A stretch of DNA of 64,000 bases from Eledone cirrhosa (taxonomy: Eukaryota). The notes beneath the pieces are model-generated. The model saw only the letters and a program-made list of their open reading frames with translations, was not told the DNA's origin and ran no database searches. The position numbers and the translations under genes are program-made. Shown one piece after another: positions 38,540 to 52,717 of the stretch. The stretch is taken from positions 7,564,001 through 7,628,000 of the forward strand of contig OZ024761.1 in the NCBI GenBank assembly GCA_964016885.1, in the 5' to 3' direction. Numbering within the stretch: position 1 is the first letter of the stretch; each line of letters begins with the position of its first letter.

Positions 38540-41500
38540 CCCTTTAGCATTCACATTACTCTATATATACTATTGTATTTTCACAGTAAATATCTTTACC
38601 TCACATAATATCTCACATAGCATTTACATTACTCTATATATACTATTGTATTTTCACAGTAAAGGCTTTACCTTACATAATATCTCATAACATTTACATT
38701 ACTCTATATATAATATTGTATTTTCACAGTAAAGTCTTTACCTCACATAATATCTCACATAGCATTTACATTACTCTATATATACTATTGTATTTTCACA
38801 GTAAAGTCTTTACCTCACATAATATCTCACATAACATTTACATTACTCTATATATACTATTGTATTTTCACAGTAAATATCTTTACCTCACATAATATCT
38901 CACATAGCATTTACATTACTCTATATATACTATTGTATTTTCACAGTAAAGGCTTTACCTTACATAATATCTCATAACATTTACATTACTCTATATATAA
39001 TATTGTATTTTCACAGTAAAGTCTTTACCTCACATAATATCTCACATAGCATTTACATTACTCTATATATACTATTGTATTTTCACAGTAAAGTCTTTAC
39101 CTCACATAATATCTCACATAACATTTACATTACACTATATATACTATTGTATTTTTGCAGTAAAGGCTTTACCTTACATAATATATCATAACATTTACAT
39201 TACTCTATATATACTATTGTATTTTCGCAGTAAAGGCTTTACCTTACATAATATTTCATAACATTTACATTACTCTATATATACTATTGTATTTTTGCAG
39301 TAAAGGCTTTACCTCACATAATATCTCACATAACATTTACATTACACTATATATACTATTGTATTTTCGCAGTAAAGGCTTTACCTTACATAATATATCA
39401 TAACATTTACATTACTCTATATATACTATTGTATTTTCACAGTAAAGGCTTTACCTCACATAACATTTACATTACTCTATATATACTATTGTATTTTCAC
39501 AGTAAAGGCTTTACCTCACATAATATCTCACATAACATTTACATTACTCTATATATACTATTGTATTTTCACAGTAAAGTCTTTACCTCACATAATATCT
39601 CACATAACATTTACATTACACTATATATACTATTGTATTTTCGCAGTAAAGGCTTTACCTTACATAATATTTCATAACATTTACATTACTCTATATATAC
39701 TATTGTATTTTTGCAGTAAAGGCTTTACCTCACATAATATCTCACATAACATTTACATTACTCTATATATACTATTGTATTTTACATAATATTTCATAAC
39801 ATTTACATTACTCTATATATACTATTGTATTTTCACAGTAAAGTCTTTACCTCACATAACATTTACATTACTCTATATATACTATTGTATTTTCACAGTA
39901 AAAGCTTTACCTCACATAATATCTCACATAACATTTACATTACTCTATATATACTATTGTATTTTCACAGTAAAAGCTTTACCTCACATAATATCTCACA
40001 TAACATTTACATTACTCTATATATACTATTGTATTTTCACAGTAAAGGCTTTACCTCACATATCTCACATAACATTTACATTACTCTATATATACTATTG
40101 TATTTTCACAGTAAAGGCTTTACCTCACATAATATCTCACATAACATTTACATTACTCTATATATACTATTGTATTTTCACAGTAAAGTCTTTACCTCAC
40201 ATAATATCTCACATAACATTTACATTACACTATATATACTATTGTATTTTCGCAGTAAAGGCTTTACCTTACATAATATTTCATAACATTTACATTACTC
40301 TATATATACTATTGTATTTTTGCAGTAAAGGCTTTACCTCACATAATATCTCACATAACATTTACATTACTCTATATATACTATTGTATTTTACATAATA
40401 TTTCATAACATTTACATTACTCTATATATACTATTGTATTTTCACAGTAAAGTCTTTACCTCACATAACATTTACATTACTCTATATATACTATTGTATT
40501 TTCACAGTAAAAGCTTTACCTCACATAATATCTCACATAACATTTACATTACTCTATATATACTATTGTATTTTCACAGTAAAAGCTTTACCTCACATAA
40601 TATCTCACATAACATTTACATTACTCTATATATACTATTGTATTTTCACAGTAAAAGCTTTACCTCACATAATATCTCACATAACATTTACATTACTCTA
40701 TATATACTATTGTATTTTCACAGTAAAAGCTTTACCTCACATAATATCTCACATAACATTTACATTACTCTATATATACTATTGTATTTTCACAGTAAAG
40801 GCTTTACCTCACATATCTCACATAACATTTACATTACTCTATATATACTATTGTATTTTCACAGTAAAGGTTTTACCTCACATAATATCTCACATAACAT
40901 TTACATTACTCTATATATACTATTGTATTTTCACAGTAAAGGCTTTACCTCCCATAATATCTCACATAACATTTACATTACTCTATATATACTGTTGTAT
41001 TTTCACAGTAAAGGCTTTACCTCACATAATATCTCACATAACATTTACATTACTCTATATATACTATTGTATTTTCACAGTAAAGGCTTTACCTCACATA
41101 TCTCACATAACATTTACATTACTCTATATATACTATTGTATTTTCGCAGTAAAGGCTTTATCTCACATAATATCTCACATAACATTTATATTACTCTATA
41201 TATACTATTGTATTTTCGCAGTAAAGGCTTTACCTTACATAATATCTCACATAACATTTACATTACTCTATATATACTATTGTATTTTCACAGTAAAGGC
41301 TTTACCTCACATAATATCTCACATAACATTTACATTACTCTATATATACTATTGTATTTTCACAGTAAAGGCTTTACCTCACATAACATTTATATTACTC
41401 TATATATACTATTGTATTTTCGCAGTAAAGGCTTTACCTTACATAATATCTCACATAACATTTACATTACTCTATATATACTATTATATTTTCACAGTAA

Positions 41501-41743
41501 AGGCTTTACCTCACATAATATCTCACATAACATTTACATTACTCTATATATACTATTGTATTTTCGCAGTAAAGGCTTTACCTTACATAATTATTCACAT
41601 CGAATCTATGAGATTTTGATGATATTATTACTTACTTTGAAAACAAGTCCTTAACATCAGTATGAGTGGCTAGTTATGGCTGGTTTGAACAGAGAGAGGT
41701 GAGAGAATTCTGGCCGGTTATGGCCGGTTTGAATGCTAAAGGG
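38540..41743. mobile_element. piggyBac-like MITE expanded by an internal 72-bp minisatellite
   Basis: TTAA on both sides, perfect 14-bp TIR CCCTTTAGCATTCA / TGAATGCTAAAGGG; ~40+ tandem 60-72 bp units inside. Confidence 0.88.
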
Positions 41744-41973
41744 TTAAACCTTGTTGAAACAGCCAATTTCTTCCAGGGAAGGAGACAATGTGGGGCATGG
41801 AGGAAGAAGCGATCCCCTGTACATTACTGGTACTTTGTTTATTGATATTGAAAGGATGAAAGGCAAAGTTGAGGATCAATCAACCTCAGTATATGACCGG
41901 TACTTTATCTATTGACCTTAGTTCTTGTAATTTTATTCATTTTTGTTTTTGTTTTTACCCTTCCACTGACCAG

Positions 41974-42059
41974 CAAAGTGAAAGCCAGAGAGATGATTCT
42001 GCAACAGAAACAATATCAAGCAGCTCAACAGTTTCATCCACAACTGGGATATCACATGG
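41974..42059 (+). CDS. ERICH6: ERICH6-like coding exon 6
   Basis: KVKAREMILQQKQYQAAQQFHPQLGYHM; long pyrimidine tract + CAG, GTAAGT donor; phase 2 to 1. Confidence 0.8.
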
Positions 42060-42835
42060 GTAAGTTAGAGGAGCTAGGATATTACATGGTTAATTTAGAG
42101 GAGATAGGACATCATATGTCAGTTAGAAGAGCTAGGATACCACATAGGTAAGCTAGAGGAGGTAGGTTACCACATTGGTAAGATATAGGAGGTAGGATAT
42201 CACATGGGTAAGTTAGAAGAGTTAGGATATCACATGGGTAAGCTAGAGGAGTTAGGATATCACATGGGTAAGTTATAGGAGCTAGGATATCACATGGGTA
42301 AGCTAGAGGAGTTAGGATATTACATGGGTAAGTTAGAAGAGCTTGGATATAACATGGATAAGTTAGAGGAACTAGGATACCACATAGGTAAGTTAGAGGA
42401 ACTAGGATATCACATGGGTAAGTTAGAGGAGTTAGGATATAACATGGATAAGTTAGAGGAGCAAGGATGCCACATAGGTAAGTTAGAGGAGCTAGGATAT
42501 AACATGGGCAAGTTAGAGGAGCAAGGATGCCACATAGGTAAGTTAGAGGAACTAGGATATCACATGGGTAAGTTAGAGGAGTTAGGATATAACATGGAGT
42601 AGTTAGAGGAGCAAGGATGCCACATAGGTAAGTTAGAGGAACTAGGATATCACATGGGTAAGTTAGAGGAGTTAGGATATAACATGGATAAGTTAGAGGA
42701 GCAAGGATGCCACATAGGTAAGTTAGAGGAGCTAGGATATAACATGGGTAAGTTAGAGGAGCAAGGATGCCACATAGGTAAGTTAGAGGAGCTAGGATAT
42801 CACATGGGTAATTTAAAGGAGCTAGGATTTCATGA
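42046..42835. repeat. 30-bp minisatellite, ~26 copies, overlapping the exon 6 donor
   Basis: Unit GGATATCACATGGGTAAGTTAGAGGAGCTA. Confidence 0.95.
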
Positions 42836-43262
42836 GAAATTTATGTGAGTGAGGATATTTTACAACTGCACAAATGTCTGAAGGCCTAATGGTTAGGATG
42901 TTTGATGTAGGATCATAATGTCGTTGGTTCAATTCCTTGACAGGGCGCTGCATTGTGTTCTTGAGAAAAACACTTTATTTCATGTTGCTCCAGTAAACTC
43001 AGCTGAGTGTGAGTACCAGCAGTAGCTGGAGAGTTAATCCTGCGATCAACTGGCATCCTATCCAGGGAGAGCCTTGTACTCTCAGCCTCTTAATGCCAAA
43101 GAAAACAGGAATAAGTACTGGCCTGATGAGCCTTCAGCTTAAAACACACTTTAACTAACTAACAAATCTTTGAGGCAGGTACCATAAACCAGTGTTTGAT
43201 ATTCTCTGAGTCTGAGAAACATTTGTAATGGAATGGAGTTAATTCTAACAATTTATAAATGT

Positions 43263-44315
43263 TTGGTTTACAATAGGTACACTGTATCCCTGTGTGTAAC
43301 TGGATTACAATAGGTACACTGTATCCCTGTGTGTAACTGGATTACAATAGGTACACTGTATCCCTGTGTGTATCTGGGTTACAATAGGTACACTGTATCC
43401 CTGTGTGTATCTGGTTACAATAGGTACACTGTATTGCTGTGTGTATCTGGTTACAATAGGTACACTGTATCCCTGTGTGTATCTGGTTACAATAGGTACA
43501 CTGTATTGCTGTGTGTATCTGGTTACAATAGGTACACTGTATCCCTGTGTGTATCTGGTTACAATAGGTACACTGTATCCCTGTGTGTATCTGGTTACAA
43601 TAGGTACACTGTATCCCTGTGTGTATCTGGTTACAATAGGTACACTGTATCCCTGTGTGTATCTGGATTACAATAGGTACACTGTATCCCTGTGTTTATC
43701 TAGTTACAATAGGTACACTGTATCCCTGTGTTTATCTAGTTACAATAGGTACACTGTATATCTGGGTTACAATAAGTACACTGTATCCCTGTGTTTATCT
43801 AGTTACAATAGGTACACTGTATCCCTGTGTATATCTGGGTTACAATAGGTACACTGTATCCCTGTGTTTATCTAGTTACAATAGGTACACTGTATCCCTG
43901 TGTATATCTGGGTTACAATAGGTACACTGTATCCCTGTGTATATCTGGGTTACAATAGGTACACTGTATTGCTGTGTATATCTGGTTACAATAGGTACAC
44001 TGTATCCCTGTGTGTATCTGGTTACAATAGGTACACTGTATCCCTGTGTATATCTGGTTACAATAGGTACACTGTATCCCTGTGTATATCTGGTTACAAT
44101 AGGTACACTGTATCCCTGTGTATATCTGGGTTACAATAGGTACACTGTATCCCTGTGTATATCTGGTTACAATAAGTACACTGTATCCCTGTGTGTATCT
44201 GGGTTACAATAGGTACACTGTATCCCTGTGTGTATCTGGTTACAATAGGTACACTGTATCCCTGTGTGTATCTGGGTTACAATAGGTACACTGTATTGCT
44301 GTGTGTATCTGGTAT
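43263..44315. repeat. 36-37 bp minisatellite, ~29 copies
   Basis: Unit GGTTACAATAGGTACACTGTATCCCTGTGTGTATCT. Confidence 0.95.
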
Positions 44316-44489
44316 AGGAGTTAGGTTTGTTGCGTCTGTTTACCTTTATTTTGATGTTGGGTAGAGTAGGAAAGAAGAAATTTTATATATGTAGATATAG
44401 GCATGGGTGTGTGTGGTTATGGGTGCTAAACAATTGTTGCTGTTGTCATTGTTTTATCTTTATTTTTTACTCTCTACTTTAATAATTAG

Positions 44490-44641
44490 CTCATCATATG
44501 AATACAATGAATTATCAGCTCTCCTCCCAAAAATGTCTTGCTGCTGGTTGGACTGTATGTGTACCTGAGTTAGAGAAATCAAGCCAAGACAATGTCTTCA
44601 TCATTGAACCATGTAAAAACACCTTGTACCGGAGTAACGAG
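44490..44641 (+). CDS. ERICH6: ERICH6-like coding exon 7
   Basis: HHMNTMNYQLSSQKCLAAGWTV...; TAG acceptor, GTAAGA donor; phases fit. Confidence 0.85.
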
Positions 44642-44713
44642 GTAAGAGGCATTACCGTCAGTTACCGTCTCGTTATAACAGCATCATGACAATCAATTAA
44701 CATTGAAATTAAG

Positions 44714-44745
<32 letters not shown>

Positions 44746-46732
44746 ATATGTATCATCATCATTCATCATCATCATCATTTTACGTCCGCTTTTCCCTGCT
44801 TGCAAGGGTGGGATGGGTCCTATTCAGCGCAGCATCTCTCCACTTGTCACGGTCCTTTGTCATCTCCACAGTGAGTTTCAGCGATCTGAGGTCTGCTCTC
44901 ACCACCTCCGCCCATGTTTTTTGTGGTCTACCTCTACCACGTCTTCCTTCAACTGGCATTTCCTGACACTTCTTCACCCATCAGTCATCCTCATTGCACA
45001 TCACATGTCCATACCATCTCAGTCTTCTCTCCTGCACACCACAACTTATCCCTCTTATACACAGTTTCTTTCTCAACTCATCTATGCTTGGTCGTTCATG
45101 TATATTGACATTATACATCCAATGGAGCATGCTTGCTTCATTTCTCTCCAGCTGTCGCATATCCCCTGCAGTTGCTGCCTATGTCTCCCTACCATGCAGT
45201 ATCACACAGGCATCATATAACCGATCTTTGTCATTAGAGGAAGCAGCTCCCTAAACTTCTTCCAACCCATCCTTCTTCTAGATACTATGGCCTCGGAGCA
45301 CCCTCCTCCCTTGCTAATCTGATCACCTAGGTATTGGAAGCTATCAACCACCTCTATAGATCCAACCTCTATTTGAAAAATATGTCTATCACTGCGACTT
45401 CTACTGTTAAATTTCCCTGTATATCTACTGCATATGTAGTTTTCCCTACTTGGTAGTTTGCTTGCTATCCCACTACATCTCCTGTGTACCCAAGATCTGC
45501 ATTGCGTACATTTTATAGAATTTATGCCAGTTCCTTTTCTACATATCGAACATGGCCATTTCCCTGATGGAATCAGAGTTTTGTCCTCTTTTCTACTTAT
45601 CAACACTTTTGTCTTAGCTAGGTTCACTCTCAGTCCTCTTAATTCCAACTGCTGTCTCCATACCAGTATCTCCCTTATCATATCATTTTTTCATACCACT
45701 TCCCTCACTTTCTCCATCTTATTATTATTGTTATTATTATTGTAATTGTTATTGATATTATTGTCAGAGGGCGGTGGATTGGCAGAATTGGTAGAGGGTC
45801 TGACGCGATGCTTTGCAGCAAAGTGTTACAGCCCTTTATGATCTGAGTTCAAATCCCGCCGAGGTTAACTTTGCCTTTCATCCTTACGGGGTCGATAATA
45901 TAATGTACCAGTAATGCACTGGGATAATTGCTGGCCTTGTGCCAAAAGTAGAAACGATTATTATTATTGTCATTACTATTTACTCTTCTATCCACTCATC
46001 ACTACTATTATTATTATTATAATCATTAACCTTATTATTATTATTGTTGTTTGAGGCACATGGCTTAGTGGTTAGAGCATTGGCCTTGCAACCGAAAGGT
46101 TGTGAGTTCAATTCTCAGACCGGGTGATGTGTTGTTTCCTTGAGCAAGACACTTTATTTCACATTGCTCCAGTTTACTCAGCTGTAGAAATGAGATGATA
46201 GGGACCCCAGTCCCTATCATTCCACTGCAAAGTGGTCGTGGAGGTGCCACGGCAAAAAAGCACCCGGCACTCACTGTAAATGAGGTTGGTGTTAGGAAGG
46301 GCATCCAGCTGTAGAAATCAAGCCAGAATCAGTTCCCGTCCCACCCTTGCAAGCAGGGAAAAGCGGACGTAAAATGAAATGATGATGATGATTTATGTTA
46401 TTCGCCCATGTATCGATAAATACTAATACACTGTGTCATGCAGACAAATCAGTATTCTGAGGATTTGGTCAGGTATCGACTGTAATTAAAGTTGAGTGAC
46501 GTGACTTCTAACGATCAGCGGTTTTTAGACACACTGGACTAATGAAACAATTGTTAATACTTTGAATAAACCCTATTGTCCAGCCGACCGTGTTCTTCAC
46601 TCATTTACTATTATTACTCCAAGAACCTTTTACCTAGGAACTTTCTTAAACCTGCCACCCGACTAAGGGAACTTCTTGTTGAATCAAACAACGCCGAACG
46701 TTAAAACTATCCTCGATACAGAGTACTCTTAA

Positions 46733-46952
46733 CCCTTTAGCATTCACATTACTCTATATATGCGATTATATTTTCATGGTAAAGGCTTTACCTCACATAA
46801 TTATCTCACATAATATCGAATCTATGAGATTTTGAAAGTATTTATTTTGAGAACAATACCTTAACATCAATTTGAGTGACCAGTTACAGCCAGTTTCAAC
46901 AGAAAAAGGTAGAGAATTCTGGCTGGTTTTGGTCGGTTTGAACATTAAACGG
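46733..46952. mobile_element. piggyBac-like MITE, unit length ~220 bp (others 37902-38118, 52324-52540, 33258-33670 with ~4 units, 26767-26940 truncated)
   Basis: TTAA-CCCTTTAGCATTCA...TTAA, same internal sequence as the expanded copy. Confidence 0.85.
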
Positions 46953-48012
46953 TTAATCTCCAGCTGGATTACCATATCTTGTTATCTTATATATATATAT
47001 ATGATGTTCTATTGAGAGAATCGTTTTTACTGAAAATATTGAATAATGTACACCATTTTTACCAGTATCACAAATATACTGGTCCACCCACACACACACA
47101 CACATATACACTACACACGCGTACATTAACATATAAAGAGACATATATACACACACACACACACACACACTTCTCCGTATAAGACAAGAGCTGAGAAATA
47201 TCTTTTAACATGTTAAAATATCCCCCACACACGTACAGACACATTCCTACTGACCATCCTTCTACCACGAATTACTCTGCTACACACACACACACACACA
47301 CACTTGTCTTAATAGGCATTTGAACTGTCAACAGGCTGCGATTCGCACACACATCCCTGCTGACCATTATCACAACAACGAACCTCTTTACTACTACTAC
47401 TACACACACACACACACACATATTTGTCTTGAAAGACTTATTTTTCAGTGACTTCTCAATCAGCCGACACAAACCTACATTTGGCGCAAAATCAATTTTT
47501 AACATTCACATGACCTCTACCGACCAATCAAAATTGTTTTGACCACAAGAGTTTTTGCAACACGAATTGGCGCGAAACTTATTTTAATACATCTGGAGCC
47601 ACTTTTTTCACATAACACAGGTAGAATTTCCAAAACTAATCAGATTAGAGCAAACATCACGGGCGCTCTATCTCAAAATTATTTTTGAAAAGCATTAGAA
47701 ATGCGCAACCGGTAAAAACTTAAAACCAAAACTGAATACCAACCAATGCTATTACTAATTTTTACTTATTCCTAATTAAACTATTTTTCATTGGGAACAA
47801 TTTGTCAGCATTTTCTTTTCCTTTTACCAATATATATATATATATATATATATGCTGGATTCTTCCAAATTTCACCTTCAAGGCATTGGTTGACCCAAGG
47901 TTTTAGTAAAAGGTACTGAGAGACTTGCTCAAGGTGCCCAGCACTGAGAGTGAACCTTGACCACATTGCCATGGCTCTAGCTGCTATTCACTTTGGTTTA
48001 TCTTCTTTACAG

Positions 48013-48098
48013 AAACATCCGGAAGAACCAGTTGAGAAGTTCTATGACAATGGCGCTAAGTTCTTCACCATTTTCCCAGATGGAACTGGAAATATCTT
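48013..48098 (+). CDS. ERICH6: ERICH6-like coding exon 8 (start of FAM194 domain)
   Basis: KHPEEPVEKFYDNGAKFFTIFPDGTGNI; followed by U12-type donor GTATCCTTT. Confidence 0.9.
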
Positions 48099-48157
48099 GT
48101 ATCCTTTGGTTTCTCCCACTTCCTCTCTTTATATCTAGTATATTATACATATATATG

Positions 48158-48213
<56 letters not shown>

Positions 48214-48464
48214 GGGTGAAGTGTCCGTGCATGCGTTATAGAATCTTGAGTTGATCAATTGCGTTGGTTGAAGCAAGCAGAATTTTGGCTGCTTACTGAA
48301 TCGTAGACACACAAAAGATAACACACACACACACACACACCAGATAACACTACATGCGGCTTTGACCAGGAGGGTCATTTAGAGGGGGGGGTAAGGCTGC
48401 ACAGCCCCACTTTCCGCCATGGCGATTGGACTGCATGCCCTGCTTTCCAGGTTACCCTTTGCCA

Positions 48465-48509
<45 letters not shown>

Positions 48510-51500
48510 TAACTCATGTCTATAGAATTAATCAGATATTAAAATATATACTATTTCTTCTTCTAATCAGCATAATTAACCATATACATAATCAAATCTA
48601 GCAAGCTTTAGGAATAAATTTTCTAACGGGGGAAATCTCCGACAAATAACTGACCGCAGCTAGTTCGCGTTAACTCCGTTCACCATTTATCAAACATTTC
48701 GGCAGCATGTAGAATCCGATCAAATACACCGTCAACCGCACGTAATTAGTAGTAAAATTAAACTTAGAAGAAATGCGCACATACCGTAATTACATATATA
48801 TATATATCTAGGGTGGGTAAAATTCCTGAGATCCATGGATGAGTTCTCTCCAGTGGTCTCTGTCCCTCAACATCGCTGCCATGTCCTGCGTCTCCAAGAG
48901 GCCAGTGTCTGTCCTTAGGTCATCAACATATGTCAACCTCGGTCCCCCTCTTCCAGTGTGTCTCTGCAGGGGCTCCCATAGGACCACAGAGTGCAATGTC
49001 AACTCTGGATGTCGGTGTGCATGTCCAGCTAACCTCAGTCTCCTTTGTGTTACTTTCGAGCTGACTTTTGGGAGGCTCCCGTACAGCTCTGAGTTCTTCA
49101 TCCTGAGTGTATACTGATTAATGTTCAGATCCATCCTCAGCATTCTCGTGTAGCACCCATCCACCATCTGAGTGAGTTTCTTGGTCAGTGTCCAGCAGCA
49201 CAGACTTCACTACAACAACAAAGAGACGGATCTTCCGGTCTTTACAAAGGTCCAACTTCCACACCGATCTCAAGGTGTGGCACACCGCCCAGGCTTTGCT
49301 CTTCCTCTCGACCACATCATCTTCTGTATTGCCATCTGCATATATATATATATATGCAGATGGCAAGCAGAAATAACAAAGCAAATGACACAGTACTATA
49401 TTAGTTTTACAGATGAAATAGTAGGAACAGAGTCTTAACATTTCAGATGCTAGTCTTTCATTAGAAAATAGAACGAGAAAGTAAAGAAGGAATAGAAAAC
49501 TAGATGAGAATGAGCAGTGGCAGAATCAATAAAAAAAATTCTTTGAGGAAAATCAGTTACAACAGTGTCATATGCAGATACTTGAGTTTCATTGAGTTTT
49601 AACACCAAGTTATTCAATCAGCCATATTGCAATGGAGATACTTCCAGGAAGTTTCTTAATCATGTATATATATATAGGTGTTATGACAAAAAGCACCCAG
49701 CCCACACTGTAAAATGGTTGTGTGAAAGACACAACCACAGAGGAAGGGCATCCTGCCACAGAAAACCAGCCAGAAACAGTCCTATATGAGTGAGACACAG
49801 TCACCTGACCCAACTGGCCTCTGAATGGGACAAACCCATCTAACCTATGCTAGCGTGGAAGATAAACATTAAACGATGATGATGATATAGCACCTGCCAG
49901 CTCTCAAAAACAAGATGGTGTAAGAGACAGAACAAAGGAGAGACAGACACAAAGGTAACAACAAAAGAAGTCATTGAGGATGTCACAGAGTAAGTGACGA
50001 AAGAGCTTTGATGACAATCAACAAATAAACAACCAATCGGTTATTAAACTAACTGACTGGGAAATTATAACAATAAATTGAAGTGAAACCCAGCCGGTGC
50101 ATATGTTTTTTTATTGGCAGCATGACCCTACCAAAGTATAACAATATATAACAATATATAGATATACATATTCACTTTATCCATATGCATTTACATACAC
50201 AGGTGTGAATATATCATCATCATTACTGACTTTATATATCATCATCATGACTTTTCCATGAGAAGGCACATGGCTTAGTGGTTAGAGCATTGGGCTTCCA
50301 ATTGAAAGGTTGTGAGTTCAATTCTCAGACCGGGTGATGTGTTGTTTCCTTGAGCAAGACACTTTATTTCAAATTGCTCCAGTTTACTCAGCTGTAGGAA
50401 TGTCCCTATCATTCCACTGTTAAGTAGTCATGGATGTGCTACGGCAAAAAAGCACCCAGCACTCACTGTAAATGAGGTTGGTGTTAGGAAGGGCATCCAG
50501 CTGTAGAAATCAAGCCAGAATCAGTTCCCGTATGAGCAAGACAAGGTCAGCCGACCGGACACTGCCCACAACAGGACAACCCGTCTAACCCATGCTAGCG
50601 TGGAAGAACGGACGTAAAATGGTGATGATGATGATGATGTTAGAATGGTTTGGAAGGGACTTTTGAGGCAATGTTTGACAGATGGAAACTCTTCCTGACT
50701 CTAATCCTTCTAGTTGTTTCTTAAGGCACACAGGTATGTGGTGTCCCTATTCTAAAGTGGCTAGAGAGACATATTTATGTATGTATGTGTGTGTGTGTCT
50801 AGGGTAAGAGTAAAGACCCCCTTCGGTCATGAATGACCATGAGATTTGCACCTAGAAAGTTCCAAGGCACAAGTCCATGCCAGGTTATTTGTGGAAGACC
50901 AGCAGTCACCCATGCATACCAGCCTCCCCTCTCCATGCCACCGATGTTGTCCAAGAGAAAGGCCAATACATCTTGGCCAATACATCATGGCCAATACATC
51001 TTGGTACTGGTGACGTCGCAACTCATTCCTACAACTGAGTGAACTGCAGCAACGTGAAATAAAGTGTCTTGCTCAAGGACACAACTCTTCATCTTGTCCA
51101 TTAATGAAATTCACAACCTCCCGATTGTAAGCCCAACGTTCTTACCACTAAGCCACGAGTGTGTGTACCCAAGCATGGAAAATAGACATAAAACAAGTGA
51201 TGATGCTGATGATGATTTGATTGTAGCACCAGCACTAGTAAGGCTGTTATCTCCTAGACACAACTGAAGAGCCCCCTTTACCTTGTTTTTGTTTGACATG
51301 GGTTCTACAGCTGGATTCCCTTCACACCACAAACCACTTTACAGGGCGTACCCAGTAAATTTTTACACAACATCTTCCATAAGAAAGTTGTGGTATCATG
51401 GCTAAACGGTTTTCTCAATCCTTTTTCTTTTTGGCCTTCTTATCACCAACCACTTTGCAGGGCATACTGGATACATCTTTTGTTGTCCCAGTGCTATAGT

Positions 51501-52717
51501 GTTTGTCATGTTGTGTCTGAACGGTCCCCTCAAATTCTATAGAAGTTAGTGGGCTACACTGGTCAGGTGACCACATCTTGCTCATTTCTGAGGCCGGAAG
51601 CTCTTCTTCATACTAACTCCTATTATTATATGGCGGTGGATTGGCAGTATCGGTAGAGGGTCGGACACCATGCTTTGACGCATAGAATTACGACCCTGCC
51701 ATTCTGAGTAGTTCAAATCCTGTCGAGGTTAACTTTGCCTTTCATCCTTACGGGGTCGATAAAATAAAGTACCAGTAATACACTGGGATAATTGCTGGCC
51801 TTGTGCCAAAAGTAGAAACAATTATTATATGGCGGTGGTTTGGCAGTATTGGTAGAGCGTCAGACACCATGCTTTGCAGCATAGAGTTATGACCCTTTAC
51901 GTTCTGAGTTCAAATCCTGCTGAGGTTAACTTTGCCTTTCAACCTTATGGGGTCGATAAAATAAAGCACCAGTAATGTACTGGGGTCGATTTAATCGACT
52001 TTTCCCTTCCCTGAAAATTGCTGGCCTTGTGCTTAGATCAGAAACCATTATTATAGTTATCTGCATTGTGGTAACTACTCTCAGGTCCAAAATAATAGGA
52101 GAGGGCTTGGAAAATCGATAATTTTTCTAGGTTGTCTCCCTTGATTTTTTTAAAATACCAGAATTAGTTGTTTAGTTTACATATTGAGCCCAACTCATCC
52201 TATTTATTTCATAACATATGGGATTTCTTCTTCTTCGCTCACTTAAAAATTGTTGCAGGAAAGTTACCACCAGAAGGAGATAGATTAGCAAAAATGAATA
52301 AGCAGAGGGTGGAGGTGGATTAACCCTTTAATGTTCAAACCGACCAACACCAGCCAGAATTCTCTACCTCTTTCTGAAACTGGCTGTAACTGGTCACTCA
52401 AACTGATGTTAAGGTATTGTTCTCAAAATAAATACTTTCAAAATCTCATAGATTCGATATTATGTGAGATAATTATGTGAGGTAAAGCCTTTACCATGAA
52501 AATATAATAGTATATATAAAATAATGTGAATGCTAAAGGGTTAAGAGTTGTGTGTGTGGGAGGGAGGGGGGGGGGAGGGGGGTAATCTGAAAAATTAATG
52601 GAGTGTGGGAGGTTAATTGAGACCTGAGAATATATATTCAAATTTAAAAATCTGTCAATGTTTCACTACCTATTGTCATCTTATCCAATCAGCTGAAATA
52701 CTCCTCAACAGCTCTAG
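48099..52717 (+). other. U12-type (minor spliceosome) GT-AG intron
   Basis: 5' GTATCCTTT; branch-point-like TCCTCAAC at 52702-52709, ~10 nt from TAG acceptor, no polypyrimidine tract; splicing restores GNIF-YPSGK. Confidence 0.85.
48808..49340 (-). mobile_element. RTE-like LINE fragment, third family
   Basis: DGCYTRMLRM...RRLRLAGHAHRH..LWEP...GRGGPRLTYVD. Confidence 0.8.

Noticed and set aside
39003-41654. Repetitive ORFs up to 406 aa
   Set aside because: Translation of the 72-bp MITE-internal satellite
43120-43150. CTGATGAGCC hammerhead-like word
   Set aside because: No GAAA or stems I/III; sits at the 3' end of a decayed CORE-like SINE
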